From positions 682,001-746,000 of the forward strand of contig JBHGNT010000002.1 of assembly GCA_043228905.1 (NCBI GenBank): a DNA stretch of 64,000 bases, given 5' to 3'. Positions 36,552 through 47,672 of the stretch are shown piece after piece. The first letter of the stretch is position 1. Each line of letters opens with the position of its first letter. The notes under the pieces are model-generated. The model ran no database searches. It saw nothing but the letters and a program-made list of their open reading frames with translations, and was not told where the DNA came from. The position numbers and the translations under genes were made by a program. The stretch is from Azolla caroliniana. Its lineage: Eukaryota; Plantae; Polypodiophyta.

Positions 36552-39397
36552 AACACTGGGACATTTGAAACAGGTAATATGTTGCATTTTGAGAACTTTC
36601 CATAAAAAAATGACACAAATTAGGGTGATTCACAAAAAGGGGTGCTTCATGCGTAAAGGATTTTTAAAAATGACCCAAAAATATATTGATTTTTAGCATG
36701 TACGGAAATTTAGGTGTTCAAAAAAATGCCTAAATAATGGACATGCCAAACTTACAAATGAATGTCCAAAATGACTAACACCAATATTTATAGAAATTCA
36801 TGAATCCAAAACTTGATGTACAATACAATATTTACAGTTAACGTATCAGGACAATCATTTTTCAAGTTTATGCCATCATCTTCATACCCATTAGATGAAC
36901 TAGTACGAGTTTATGCGGTCTCATCCTCATCATCAATGGCAACTAATGCATTGTCTTCATCCAACTGCAATCCAACCTCATCGAGGTTATGAGTCATGCT
37001 TCTTGTTTGTCTTTGTGTTGTGTCTGAAGCCACATTCCAGATCCTCTTTTAGTATCTTCGTTGTGGTCTATCGCAGATAACTTGTTTTGGTCAAAGATAA
37101 GTCATACACTAGTATATAAACATTATCCAATGCAAGAGTAGATGTGCTTGATGCATCTTTCTTCCTCACTTTTTGGTAATGATATTTAATTATGTACTTT
37201 CTATTTACGATATTTGATTATGTGAGAGAATCTTTCTACCAAAATCATTAGAATCTAAAATAATGTCGTAAAGATGTTTTTCGTTTTTCTTAGATTCTCA
37301 TAGTAAGCCTTTGATGTCATACAGAAATCCGATTCATTCCATCTAGATTTGATGCAGCATGTTGAATTTTACTCTATACATTTAGAATGGGATGTAGTGT
37401 ATCAGATTCCTGTTGTAAGTCTTGGAATTTTTTAAAAATTTTCCGTTAAAAAATACTCTTACCTTTTCAACTAACACATAATGCATTGCATCGAATTCTA
37501 GCTACATAGACTAAAATATGATACATTGCATGAATTTCCCGTAAATAAATAAATATTGGAAAAATAAAACATTTCCCGGAAATAAATAAATAAACATTTT
37601 TCATTTTTCTCATAAATAAATAAGTAAAAATTGGAAAAATAGATTTCAATGGAAATTTGGAAACACATACGAAAAAGTGGACTCTCAACAGAAATCCGAT
37701 GTAGTGCATTGGATTTCCGTTGAAAACCCATTTTTTCAATTATTTATTTAATATTTATTTTTATTTTTTGAGTTTTTCCCATAAATAAATAAATAATAAT
37801 TGAAAAAATGGGGTTTCAATGGAAATCCGATGCACTACATTGGATTTCTGTTGAACGTCCACTTTTTGCTATTTGTTACCATATTTTCATATTTTAAAAT
37901 TTATTTTTTGTATTTTTTTGAGTTTTTTGAATTTTTCCCATAAATAAATAAATAAAAATTGAAAAATGGGTTTTCAACGGATTTCATAAATAAATATATA
38001 GAAATTGAAAAAATGGATTTTCAACGGAAATCCGATGCAGTGCATTGGATTTCCGTTGAAAACCTGTTGAAAATGATCTGTTAAAAAATATATGAAATCC
38101 GGTGAAAATCCATTTATTATTTTTTTATGTTTTTTTTAAAAAATTACAAAATAAAAAAAACTTGGATTTTCAACTGAAATCTAGTGCATCGCATTGGATT
38201 CCAATTGAAAATCCAAGATTTGTTATTTTTTCAAATTTTATTGTTTCAAAATTTTAATGGGTTTTTGATTTGTTTTCTAACACAGGTATATAATATAAAA
38301 CTTACATCAATTTAGATTAACGCTATAGTCTATTCTTCAGTTTGATGTTACTTGTGCAATTTCATTCTATTGTCATGTACTACTAAATCATGCGCCTTAA
38401 AGATGATCAGGAACTCTGTTGCATTAGAGAAGGACCTTGAGCAAGTTAATTTCATCAAAATGAGGATCCAAGTTATCTGGGGCTGTCCTGATCAAGACCA
38501 AGAAGTTGGGGCAAAACATATCAATGAACCTTAGATGTTCCAAATGACTTTTAGAGAACCTGTGGAGCCTATAGATGAAGACGCAGGGCACCTTGTTGAA
38601 TTAGAAGACGTTTTAGAGTTTGAACATACTAACGATTCAACTTAGCGTACTGATGAAGCCAATGAGGACAATCCTGATGAAAGACCTAATCCTGAGGAGA
38701 CGGCTTTACCAAAATTATTATTCGATTGAATGGATATGTCTTATTGTAAATTTTGAACAATATGAATTGTTAAATTTTGACGTAATATATAAGTTGAGCT
38801 TACTTATAATTTTCGTGTAACAATCATTGAACTTACAGATTAAGTATACTTGTATGTGTACATGTTGTCTAAACTCTCCTTTATCATTTGGGTTATATCG
38901 GAGAAAAATTTATACTCTATCATTTACTCGTATGATTGGAATGTTATTGTAGACTAGTTTATTTATACATTGACAGTGTCATGTATCACGTGTCAATAGA
39001 AATTTTCTCTTGACATAGTAGTATCTCTTAATTGCAAGGTTCACAATTTGCTTTAAGATATATTATATATAAATATACACACATAATTAGAAGAAGTCAC
39101 TTATTCAATGGGGTATGCTTTTTAGAATATGCACAAGGACTCGTGTTACTATTATACTTGCATTGACAAATACACCCCTGTCTAAGATTTGGACAAAAAC
39201 ATGGTAGATACAATATACGTTGGATGATTTTGTTGACGTGATATTAGTTAGTTCTATTTTTTGCTATGTTTTCATAAACCACATACGCATGCGTCAAGCC
39301 TTTTTGAAATTCTACTTAAATAAGGCATTTTTTAACATCTCGCTAAGATATGAAAAAGAGAATGCGACATATTACCTGTTTCAAATGACTCGGTGTT
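36552..39397. mobile_element. Unclassified TIR DNA transposon (non-autonomous), ~37-bp TIRs beginning AACAC, 4-bp TSD TTAG
   Basis: Left end AACACTGGGACATTTGAAACAGGTAATATGTTGCATT; right end reverse complement AACACCGAGTCATTTGAAACAGGTAATATGTCGCATT. ttag at 36548-36551 and 39398-39401. Excision restores the LINE reading frame ...ESGL|AVFCKRSNAMINWHKS. Confidence 0.88.
37320..38280. repeat. Array of nested palindromes and inverted repeats inside the TIR element
   Basis: Hairpin motif caacggaaatccgatgcagtgcattggatttccgttg at ~37686, ~37817, ~38022 and ~38171. 37672-37750 is itself inverted relative to 37786-37866. Confidence 0.85.
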
Positions 39398-40918
39398 TTA
39401 GCCGTATTTTGCAAGAGATCCAATGCCATGATCAATTGGCACAAATCCTATGCAATATGGCTTTCTGATGAAACACATCCAGTGTGGCACCCACAACCTG
39501 CTTTCAAATGGATCAATCAAGGAGCGAGCACCAAATATTTGGGTTTCCAAATTGGTTTCAACATACCGCCGGAGACTATGACTGCACCCGTTATCCATTC
39601 CATTCGACAAAAGTTGATACATTGGAGTTCGAAAAAACTGTCACTAGCAGGTCGCATCATAGTGGCAAACCAGGTACTACTCGCAATAGCATGGTACAGT
39701 CTATCATGTTGGACAATCTCCAAGGAAAGTATACATCAGATTCAACGACTGGTACACAACTAAATTTGGTCTGGTAAGGAAGATCATGTAACTCATGCCA
39801 AGGTGACGTCGCCTATACTCACAACACCTAAGTCGAGAGGGGGATTGGGTCTTATTGATCCCCTCTCACAATCAAAAGCCTTACTTGCCAAATTTGTGGT
39901 ACGAGGACTCCAACCAGGAAATTACTGTTGGAAAATGCTAATGCGGTTACGTTTCACTTACTTTACGCCACGAAAAGGGGTCAATTGGGCCCCCCAAACG
40001 GGATGGATTCTAAACATGGATCTCAAACCTAGTTTCTCTTGCCAATTGGAGGATAGATTCAGTGCATCCATGTGGAAGGCATGGTGTGACATTAGACAAG
40101 GGCTCAAGTGTGATCAACCGAGTTCCGAACCTGCCTAGCTCAACCAACGTATCCTATGGAACCCATGTATCAAGGATGAATCTAATCAACTACTTGGATC
40201 AAGTAAGGGGATGTCTTGGGGATACATTGTAGAAGGTCCAGGAAAAAGTATAGAATGTTGGAGACGGTTTTTGTCACTGCCACTACAAGATCAAGCCAAC
40301 ATACTCCATGGAATCAGGGGTGGATGGTCTATGAGATTGGAAATCATTAATGCTCTACTGAGTAGGGAAGCTACTACTCAAAGGACGACAATGGAGGAAT
40401 GGATAGGCTACGAGGAGGAGGGATCTTTGATCTCGAGAGGTATGGGAACACCAGACATGATTGTAGGCTCTGAATTGCGGGACACTGAGACACCGACACA
40501 GAATAACTCAATTTGAGTACTTGCATATACTGGTCATAAGTGGATTGTAGATCTCGATCCGATCAAAGTACAAACCGATTAGCACATATGTACTCATGAA
40601 AAGACATGGCTACGTAAGGTAAGTTGGGACCCTTTGCAATGGACATGGCGTGATCCTTACGCGGGGCAAGGAAGCAAACCCATCCCTTTCTTCTAGTTCA
40701 CAACTAGATTGGGTTGCCACATTCTAGCTGCTCAAACCGCCCGAGAGTCAGCTGCTGCAAAGGTCTGGCACACATATCAAGTTCCTCACACAATTATCAC
40801 CAAGTTTTGGCAGAAAATTTGGAAAGAACAACATGCGAGGCGAATTACCATGTTCCAATGGCTATTAATACATAAGTCACTACCGGTGGGAGTATGGCAA
40901 CGTGGGAACCTTAGCTCT

Positions 40919-43900
40919 TGTTAAGAATTAGGTAAGTAATTAAGCAAGGATTAATTAGTACCTATTTATGTGATTAGTTGATAAGCGGAAGATTAAGTTA
41001 TATGTGTGAGAGAGGAAGAGAGAGAGAGAGAGAGAGAGATACAAGATGGGGGATGAGTAAGTATATTAAATTAGCATTATCATCATCAAATACAAAAATA
41101 CCCACAATGAGGTATATATACATCTCATGTGCAAGGGTGCACATGTGTGAGTGGAATATAGGTACTAAGGTGTAAGTCCTATATTAAATGTACTTAGGAG
41201 TGGAGGATCTAGAATATCCCACTTAAGTACAAGGTCCTATTTAAGGCGTTATAGTCAACACTTCTAACTAGATTCTATCTAGGTAACTATGAAGTTACAT
41301 GGTTGACTAACTAACTAAACTAAGTTGAGCTTGATCTCTCAACACGCCCCCTCAACCTCAAGTGTGAGGCCCCTGACATCCGCTTTGGCTTTCGGCGTAA
41401 TCCGGCTTTCGATGTCGGCTTCTGTGTGGCTTCCGTTCGGCCTTCGACTTTCTTCGTTGTGGCAATCTTGGGTCCTCCCCCTCAAGCCGGTGACGAAGGC
41501 TTGTAGTGTGTGGGCGAAGGTCGACTACTTCCACCCATTGTGGGTTACGAGCCGCTTCGGTGGAGCTCTTGGGCTCTTGTTCGGCCGCTACCTTCATCGT
41601 GAAAGCGTAATGATGGGCCATGTACTCGTTGTAGCCATGCTAAGTGACAGGGTTCTTAGCTCTAGATGAGCATCGAAGCTTTTCGCTCGCCGATGTGAGC
41701 GCCTTCTTTACTCCGGGTATCGACATGATGGGTACACCGAACTCACTGTCTAGTGAGGGAGCCGACACATTCGAATCATTGTCGTCGGGGTGATCGACTT
41801 CGTATTTGGGCATCTTACCTTTGCCTTTGTCCAAGTTCGTACTTGGCCGCGACGTGCTTGGGTCGTGTGGGGGCTCTTGTGGCCCACTAGGCTTTGCCAT
41901 AATCAGACTTTCTTCGAACATGTGTTCGAAGCGATCTCCATCTTCTACGTCTTGTTCGGCGGATTCCGGGTCGAGCGGAGTCGGAGCCGTAGTTGTCTCT
42001 GGTGCGTACCAGGATGCAGACTCGTCGAAGACTATATCTCGACTTACCCGAACCGCTCGGGTAGAAGGGTTGTAGCACTTGTATGCTTTCTTCTCGGATG
42101 AGTATCCTATGAGGATACATTCCTCCGACTTCGCGTCGGGCTTCTGTCGGCTTTCGATCGGGATGCGTACATTCGCAATGCTTCCGAACACTTTGAGGTG
42201 CGACAAGATCGACTTCCTTCCAACGAGGAGCTCGTAGGAAGTTAGCTCATGGACTCCATTGGTGGTGCACCGGTTCATGAGATAAACGGTCGTCGATTCC
42301 GTTGGCCCAATAGAAGTTCGGCATGTGTTTCTTGTGCATCATGGCGCGTGCTACCTCGAGTATTTGCCGATTTTTTCGTTTTGGCGGTCACTCCATTTTG
42401 TTGGGGTGTGTGTCGGAATGAGAATTCTCTCCGAATGCCTTCACTTTGGAGGTAGGAGGTGAATTTGTTGGAGAATTCCTCCATTCGATCATAGGCATCG
42501 AATGTGCCGTCCGGTTTCTTTTTCGACTTGCCCCTTGAGTTTTTGGAAGTGGAGAACACTTCGCTCTTCTTCTTCATTGGGTAGATCCATGCGTAGCGCG
42601 AGTAGTTGTTGATGAAGGTTACGTAGTATCGGCATCCGAGTGTACGACGTCGAGGAGGCCTTTGCTTGCGTGGCTCTCCTTCGGGAATGGGAGTCGATGT
42701 TGTTTGCCGAGTTGACACGCTTCGCATACTTGGTCGACTCATTTCGACTCGAATGTCGGACGTCCGATGACGACTCCCTTTGTTTGCATCGCTCGAAGCC
42801 GTTGGAGGTTTATGTGGCCAATTCTCTTGTGCCACAACCCGATGCTTGTCTCGGTTTTGAGACCTTTCGCATACATTGCCGATTTCACCTCGTTCGAATC
42901 AAGGATGAACATTCGGCCGTCTCTCTGCCCCTTAGCTACGAGTCAGCCATCTTTCTCAATGAAACAACCTTTGTTGTTGAAGCGGACTTGCATGCCTTGC
43001 TCCACAATTTGGCCGACCAAGACCAAATTCTTCGTTAATGTGGGCACATGCAAGACATTCTTGATGCAAGTTTGCTCGCCTTCTTTCCCGAATGGGACAT
43101 TGCCGATGTGCCGAATGGGGTGCATGGTGTCGTCTCCCGTCTCTATGAAGCCGGGTCGATCCGGCGTTCGTAAATCACGAAACCACTCTTCGTGAGATGT
43201 CATGTGATGTGAGGCACCAGAGTCGACGAACCACACGTCTTTCGAGTTGGAGGTGCTTGCGGAATTGGAGGCCAACATAGAGTTCGCTCTATGCCTCATT
43301 ACGAATAGTCCGCTATAATCATCGTATTCAGAGTTGACGGCGTAATTCGTGTGTTGTCGACTTGTGGAAGCCGACTTGCTTCTTCTTTTTCGGCATTCCT
43401 CCTCGCGGTGGCTGATTTTCTCGCAATAGTTGCAAATTGCAGGCCTCGTTTGCCGACCATGTTCGGCGTGGAAGCTCCCCCTTCTTTCGAAGGTTCCTCG
43501 ATGGCTTCCGTGAAGGTTTGAGTTCCCTTTGTGTGATGGGTTGAATTGACCTCTTCTACCGCCGTGACCTCCTCCTCGGCCACCGTCCGAATTCGAGAAG
43601 AACATTTGTCCTTCCGACATCTTGCTTTTGGTTCGGACGTGGTTCTCTTCGACTAATAGTATTGATTGGAGGTCGAAGAATGAAGGAGGGTTTTCTCTCG
43701 CCAAGATTGTTGTCCGTAATGGGTCAAATCGTTGTACAAGGCCGCCCAAGCATACTTGAACCATTTCGTCTTTGTCAACGTTTATTTTGATCGAGCGAAG
43801 CAAGTCGCAAATGCTCTTGATCTTGGTGGTGTAGTCTGACACAGACATGTCTTTTTGCCGAATGTGTTCAACTCTTGTGGGAGTTGAAGCTTCCAGGCAG

Positions 43901-44405
43901 TCGTGTTGGCGGCAAATATTTTCTTGAGATTCTCCCACGCCTCTTTGGGCGTCTTGGCGTCTCAAATGTGACTAAGCATGTGGTCGTGGACACATGTTGC
44001 CAAACAATACATGACTCGACTCGCCGCTTGCTCCCATGTTGCGTAGTCGGCGCTCTTTGAGTTGGGTCGTTTTTCTTGAGCGTTGTTAATGTAGCTCCAA
44101 TACCCTTGGCCGACGAGGTATTGGGTCATCTTGTACTCCCAAGATGAATAATTGCTCTGATCTAACTTTTCACTAGGGCGCGAGCTAACCATTTGTGTGT
44201 TCATGTTGATTGTGTCTTCTCTTCTTTTGCTTTTCTTCCTTCGATCACGTACATGTGCTACATAGCGGCACTACGGTAGCCGATAGCCGGATTTTGTCGT
44301 CGGCGTCTCGAACACACAATCACGGAGTCGGGTGGGCTTAGTGGATTGTCTAAACCATACACTCTGATACCATGTTAAGAATTAGGTAAGTAATTAAGCA
44401 AGGAT
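40919..44405 (-). mobile_element. Non-autonomous Ty1/Copia LTR retrotransposon (family A, copy 2)
   Basis: Complete LTR at 40919-41344 (TG...CA), PPT at 41345-41354, PBS TGGTATCAGAG at 44362-44372. The 5' LTR is truncated to 44373-44405. Frameshifted gag (KLDQSNYSSW), Zn knuckle, protease (WFVDSGASHHM) and integrase (TPQQNG, LSHLKVFGS, CILIGY, SRDIVFDE). No RT/RNase H. Confidence 0.92.
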
Positions 44406-46779
44406 GGAGTTGAAAGACAACGAATAGCCTTCATCCAACAATCGTCATCCTCTCCATTTCTTGAGTCAGTGGGAATCCACATAAGATGGAACTATCGTGT
44501 CCCTACATGGATTTGTACATAATAATCTCATTTGTAAAATTTTATAACTAATGGAAGGAGTTTTTTTTTTGGAAAAAAAAAATGAAAATGAAAATGAAGG
44601 ATTAAGGTTTGAAGGATAGAAGGGAAACTTGGAGTTAAAGGGATCAATATTTTTTTGGCTAGTAATAAGACTTTCATGGAGATATTTGACACACCACAAT
44701 GGTGTATAATCAATATTTGAAGAGTTGAGATGAGCATTATCCGACCAACTAATGCCTAGGAGATTAACTTACACTCAAACATAACCCCCTTAGTCAAAGC
44801 CTATTGACTGGTTGACTCATTGATGCATATCATACTAAAGGTAGGGACATCTAGCACACACCTTGGTTTAGGGGTATGAGAACACAAGAGTCGCTTGAGC
44901 AAAACATTTTTAATGAAGAAAATAAAAAAGAATACAGACAATAAAAAATCCACTAAAGGTCAACAACACTACCATATATGTTTCCATAAGCCCTAGGCCT
45001 TGTAGCTAGACCTTTGATATTTGGGATGTGAAACACAAATCCATTACATGCTAATGAGACCTTCTCGTTCCATAATATTAAGTCATATCGAAGGCTACAT
45101 GTGTGTAGAAGAAAATGCACAATGTTGCTTCATTTTCTTTGAATCCAATAGAAGACATGTTTATTGATATAAATAATATTTGCATTGCTTGTAACTTGTA
45201 AGTAAATCACAGGTATATGCTTCACAATAGATTTGACAACGAAGTTTTTGTACAAAAAGAAGAATTTGTAAAACAAGAGTTTTGTGACATATTTGTTTTG
45301 GTCGTTCCAAAATATTGACTATAGAAGCAAAACCTTGAGGGATACAATATTTAAATAACCTACACCTTGTAAATTGTTGACTTAAGGACAACATAATTGT
45401 TCAATACTCTATGATTATTTGAGGTCCAAGATGGTACCAATATAGATGGATAGATCTTAGATTGAATTAAATACAAACCATACATTAAATTATGATATGG
45501 GGACATTATTTGTAGCGTTGAACATTCAAATCTCCATTTTCACATAATTAACAAATCTAAACATTGTATGTGTGGAAGTTCTTATATGTGTTTTCCTCCC
45601 CCTCATTCTAAGATCCTTCATACAATTGAAAACATACACACAAACCAACTAATACCAATAACGTGCATGGCATACATGCACATGCATAATGATAGTTGAA
45701 GAATTATCATCTTTAAAATGTTTGTTTTAGAAAGGGGTCAATTAAAAATAAATGAGCATATTTGAAATGGAAAACGTATTTCATTCCAATCATTGACATA
45801 ATCCAAGACAAGAGGGGTATATGACATGGATGATATTTATATGTACATTTCCACATAGATTTAAAACTTTGCTTCTCCTTCCTAAATTGAATTCTATAGG
45901 AAAAGCAAACCAATGGAAAGATTTCATGTCCATGTTTCTTGTTGACAATCATAGATGTAAAGAGGGAGAACCAAACAATCATTACCTACTCCAATAAACT
46001 CGACATAATAGCTTAGAAAGGATGACACATTTACATACACCTAGCATGTAGATCCATATTTCACATGATCATCACTCATCAACCACTCAACCTTCATTTT
46101 GCCTTGAGATCTTGATTCTCACTCATTCCCACGAGCCCAAACACACGCACGTGCTCGAGTTCCATTTTGCAGTGATTGTGGCTCAAATGCAAGTGAGATT
46201 TTGAAGGCAAGTTTCGTGCACCAAGTTCTCTAGCTACATGTTGGCAATCTACCATTAGCAAACTTGTTTGACTACGCAACTAGAGGGAGGAATTGCAACC
46301 TCAAGGATCCTTTTCAACACCACAATATGGCAATGAAGCTCAAACGAATAGATGAACAAGTCTCAACGTGAATGTTAGCAAAAACGAGTATTTGTTCAAG
46401 TAGACAAACATGGTTCAAGGTGCATGTTAGTTTCAAGTGATTCACATGTATTTGGGTACCTTAGAATTCAGACGATTTGTGTGGCCAGACAAAACGGAGC
46501 ACATTTCCTTCATATACAGACAACCTTCATAACGATGAATCAGTTACAATGAATGAATGAGGTGGTAAGAGATTCGTGTCCAGGGTTGGAACAAAGAGGT
46601 TTCATCGGACGACGTGGTGGGTGTTCTCATAAATCCAAGGAGACAAAAGGGTTGATTAGGGTTGGTAAATTCCGATCATTCCATGAGAGAGACAAGACAA
46701 GACAAGACAAGACATATATGGTGGTGTGGTGGCTAGAAAGGTGGGGAAATGGTATTTGGATGATCAAAGTTGAGAGTTT

Positions 46780-46852
46780 AACATACATACATACATACAT
46801 ACATATTGATATATATATATATATATGTACAGTATATTGTATGTACATATAT
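46780..46852. repeat. Compound (ACAT)n/(AT)n microsatellite
   Basis: Direct sequence, in the promoter region of the gene at 47673. Confidence 0.8.
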
Positions 46853-47672
46853 GTGTTGTGTGTTATGGGTTGGGCTTATATATTTATTATTCATTTTTAG
46901 ATGAGTAAAAGGGGTGGGTGGGTCCCTGCTTGATTCCCTGTCTTCACATGCTTTGCATCGCCCACAACAAATCCATCCCTCCATTCCATCATCTTCGCCC
47001 AATTTGCATCTTCATTCATTCCATTGAAGCACAGAGACAGAGAGAGAATTAAAAATAAATAAATTAAAGAAGCTTTTTTAAATCCTCTCTCATTTCATCT
47101 ACATACTGACTTTCGAGCTCTTCCTCTCCCTCCCTCCTCACAGTTTGCTCTCCGAATTTAGGGTTTCCGATTCTAGATTTGTCTCTGCTTCGATTTTCAA
47201 CCCCTATTTTCACAATTGGGTTCGCATTACGTCAATGCGATCATCTGACGCAATTGTGTGAATCTTTGAGAGTTTCTGTGGATCAGGAAGAGTTCAACAA
47301 AGAGGGTTGTTGCCTCATTTCCGTTCATGATATATGGAATTCATTTATCTTCGTTCTCTACATATATAACGGTGGTGTTCACACAATCGAAGAAGTATTA
47401 AATCTATATAAGAACTATATGCTGTGTTAAAACTAACTCAATTTCTGCTTTCCTCTACAAAAGAAATATCTATTGTTTCAAGTCAAGACAATTCTTGGTT
47501 CTTTCTCTATATACAAACTACATATATAGGAGCTATCTATTGTATTAAAGCAATATAATTTAGACAAGTCAGGATTCTATATTATGTAATGAGGGTCGTC
47601 TGACCCCCCTAAGCATCATCGCTTCTCAGTGTAATAATGGGATATACATAGAACAAGCAACCGATCATTGTA

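Larger units (their letters stand above)
35130..44525 (+). mobile_element. L1-clade LINE (5'-truncated), split by a TIR element and a Copia element: segments ~35130-36551, 39398-40918, 44406-44525
   Basis: Motifs WIRVGDKTTKEFF, SCPGIDG, QPITLLN..KL, SQTGFV, LDFEKAYD, VRQGCPLAPSLF, FADD, KYLGF, LSLAGRIIVANQVL, PKSRGGLGL, FQWLLIHKSLPVG. The frame is restored across the TIR insertion. Confidence 0.88.

Noticed and set aside
36554-39395. CACTA/EnSpm assignment of the TIR element (CACTG...CGGTG)
   Set aside because: With those ends the flanks are gaa and ttt, so there is no TSD, and the LINE frame is not cleanly restored.
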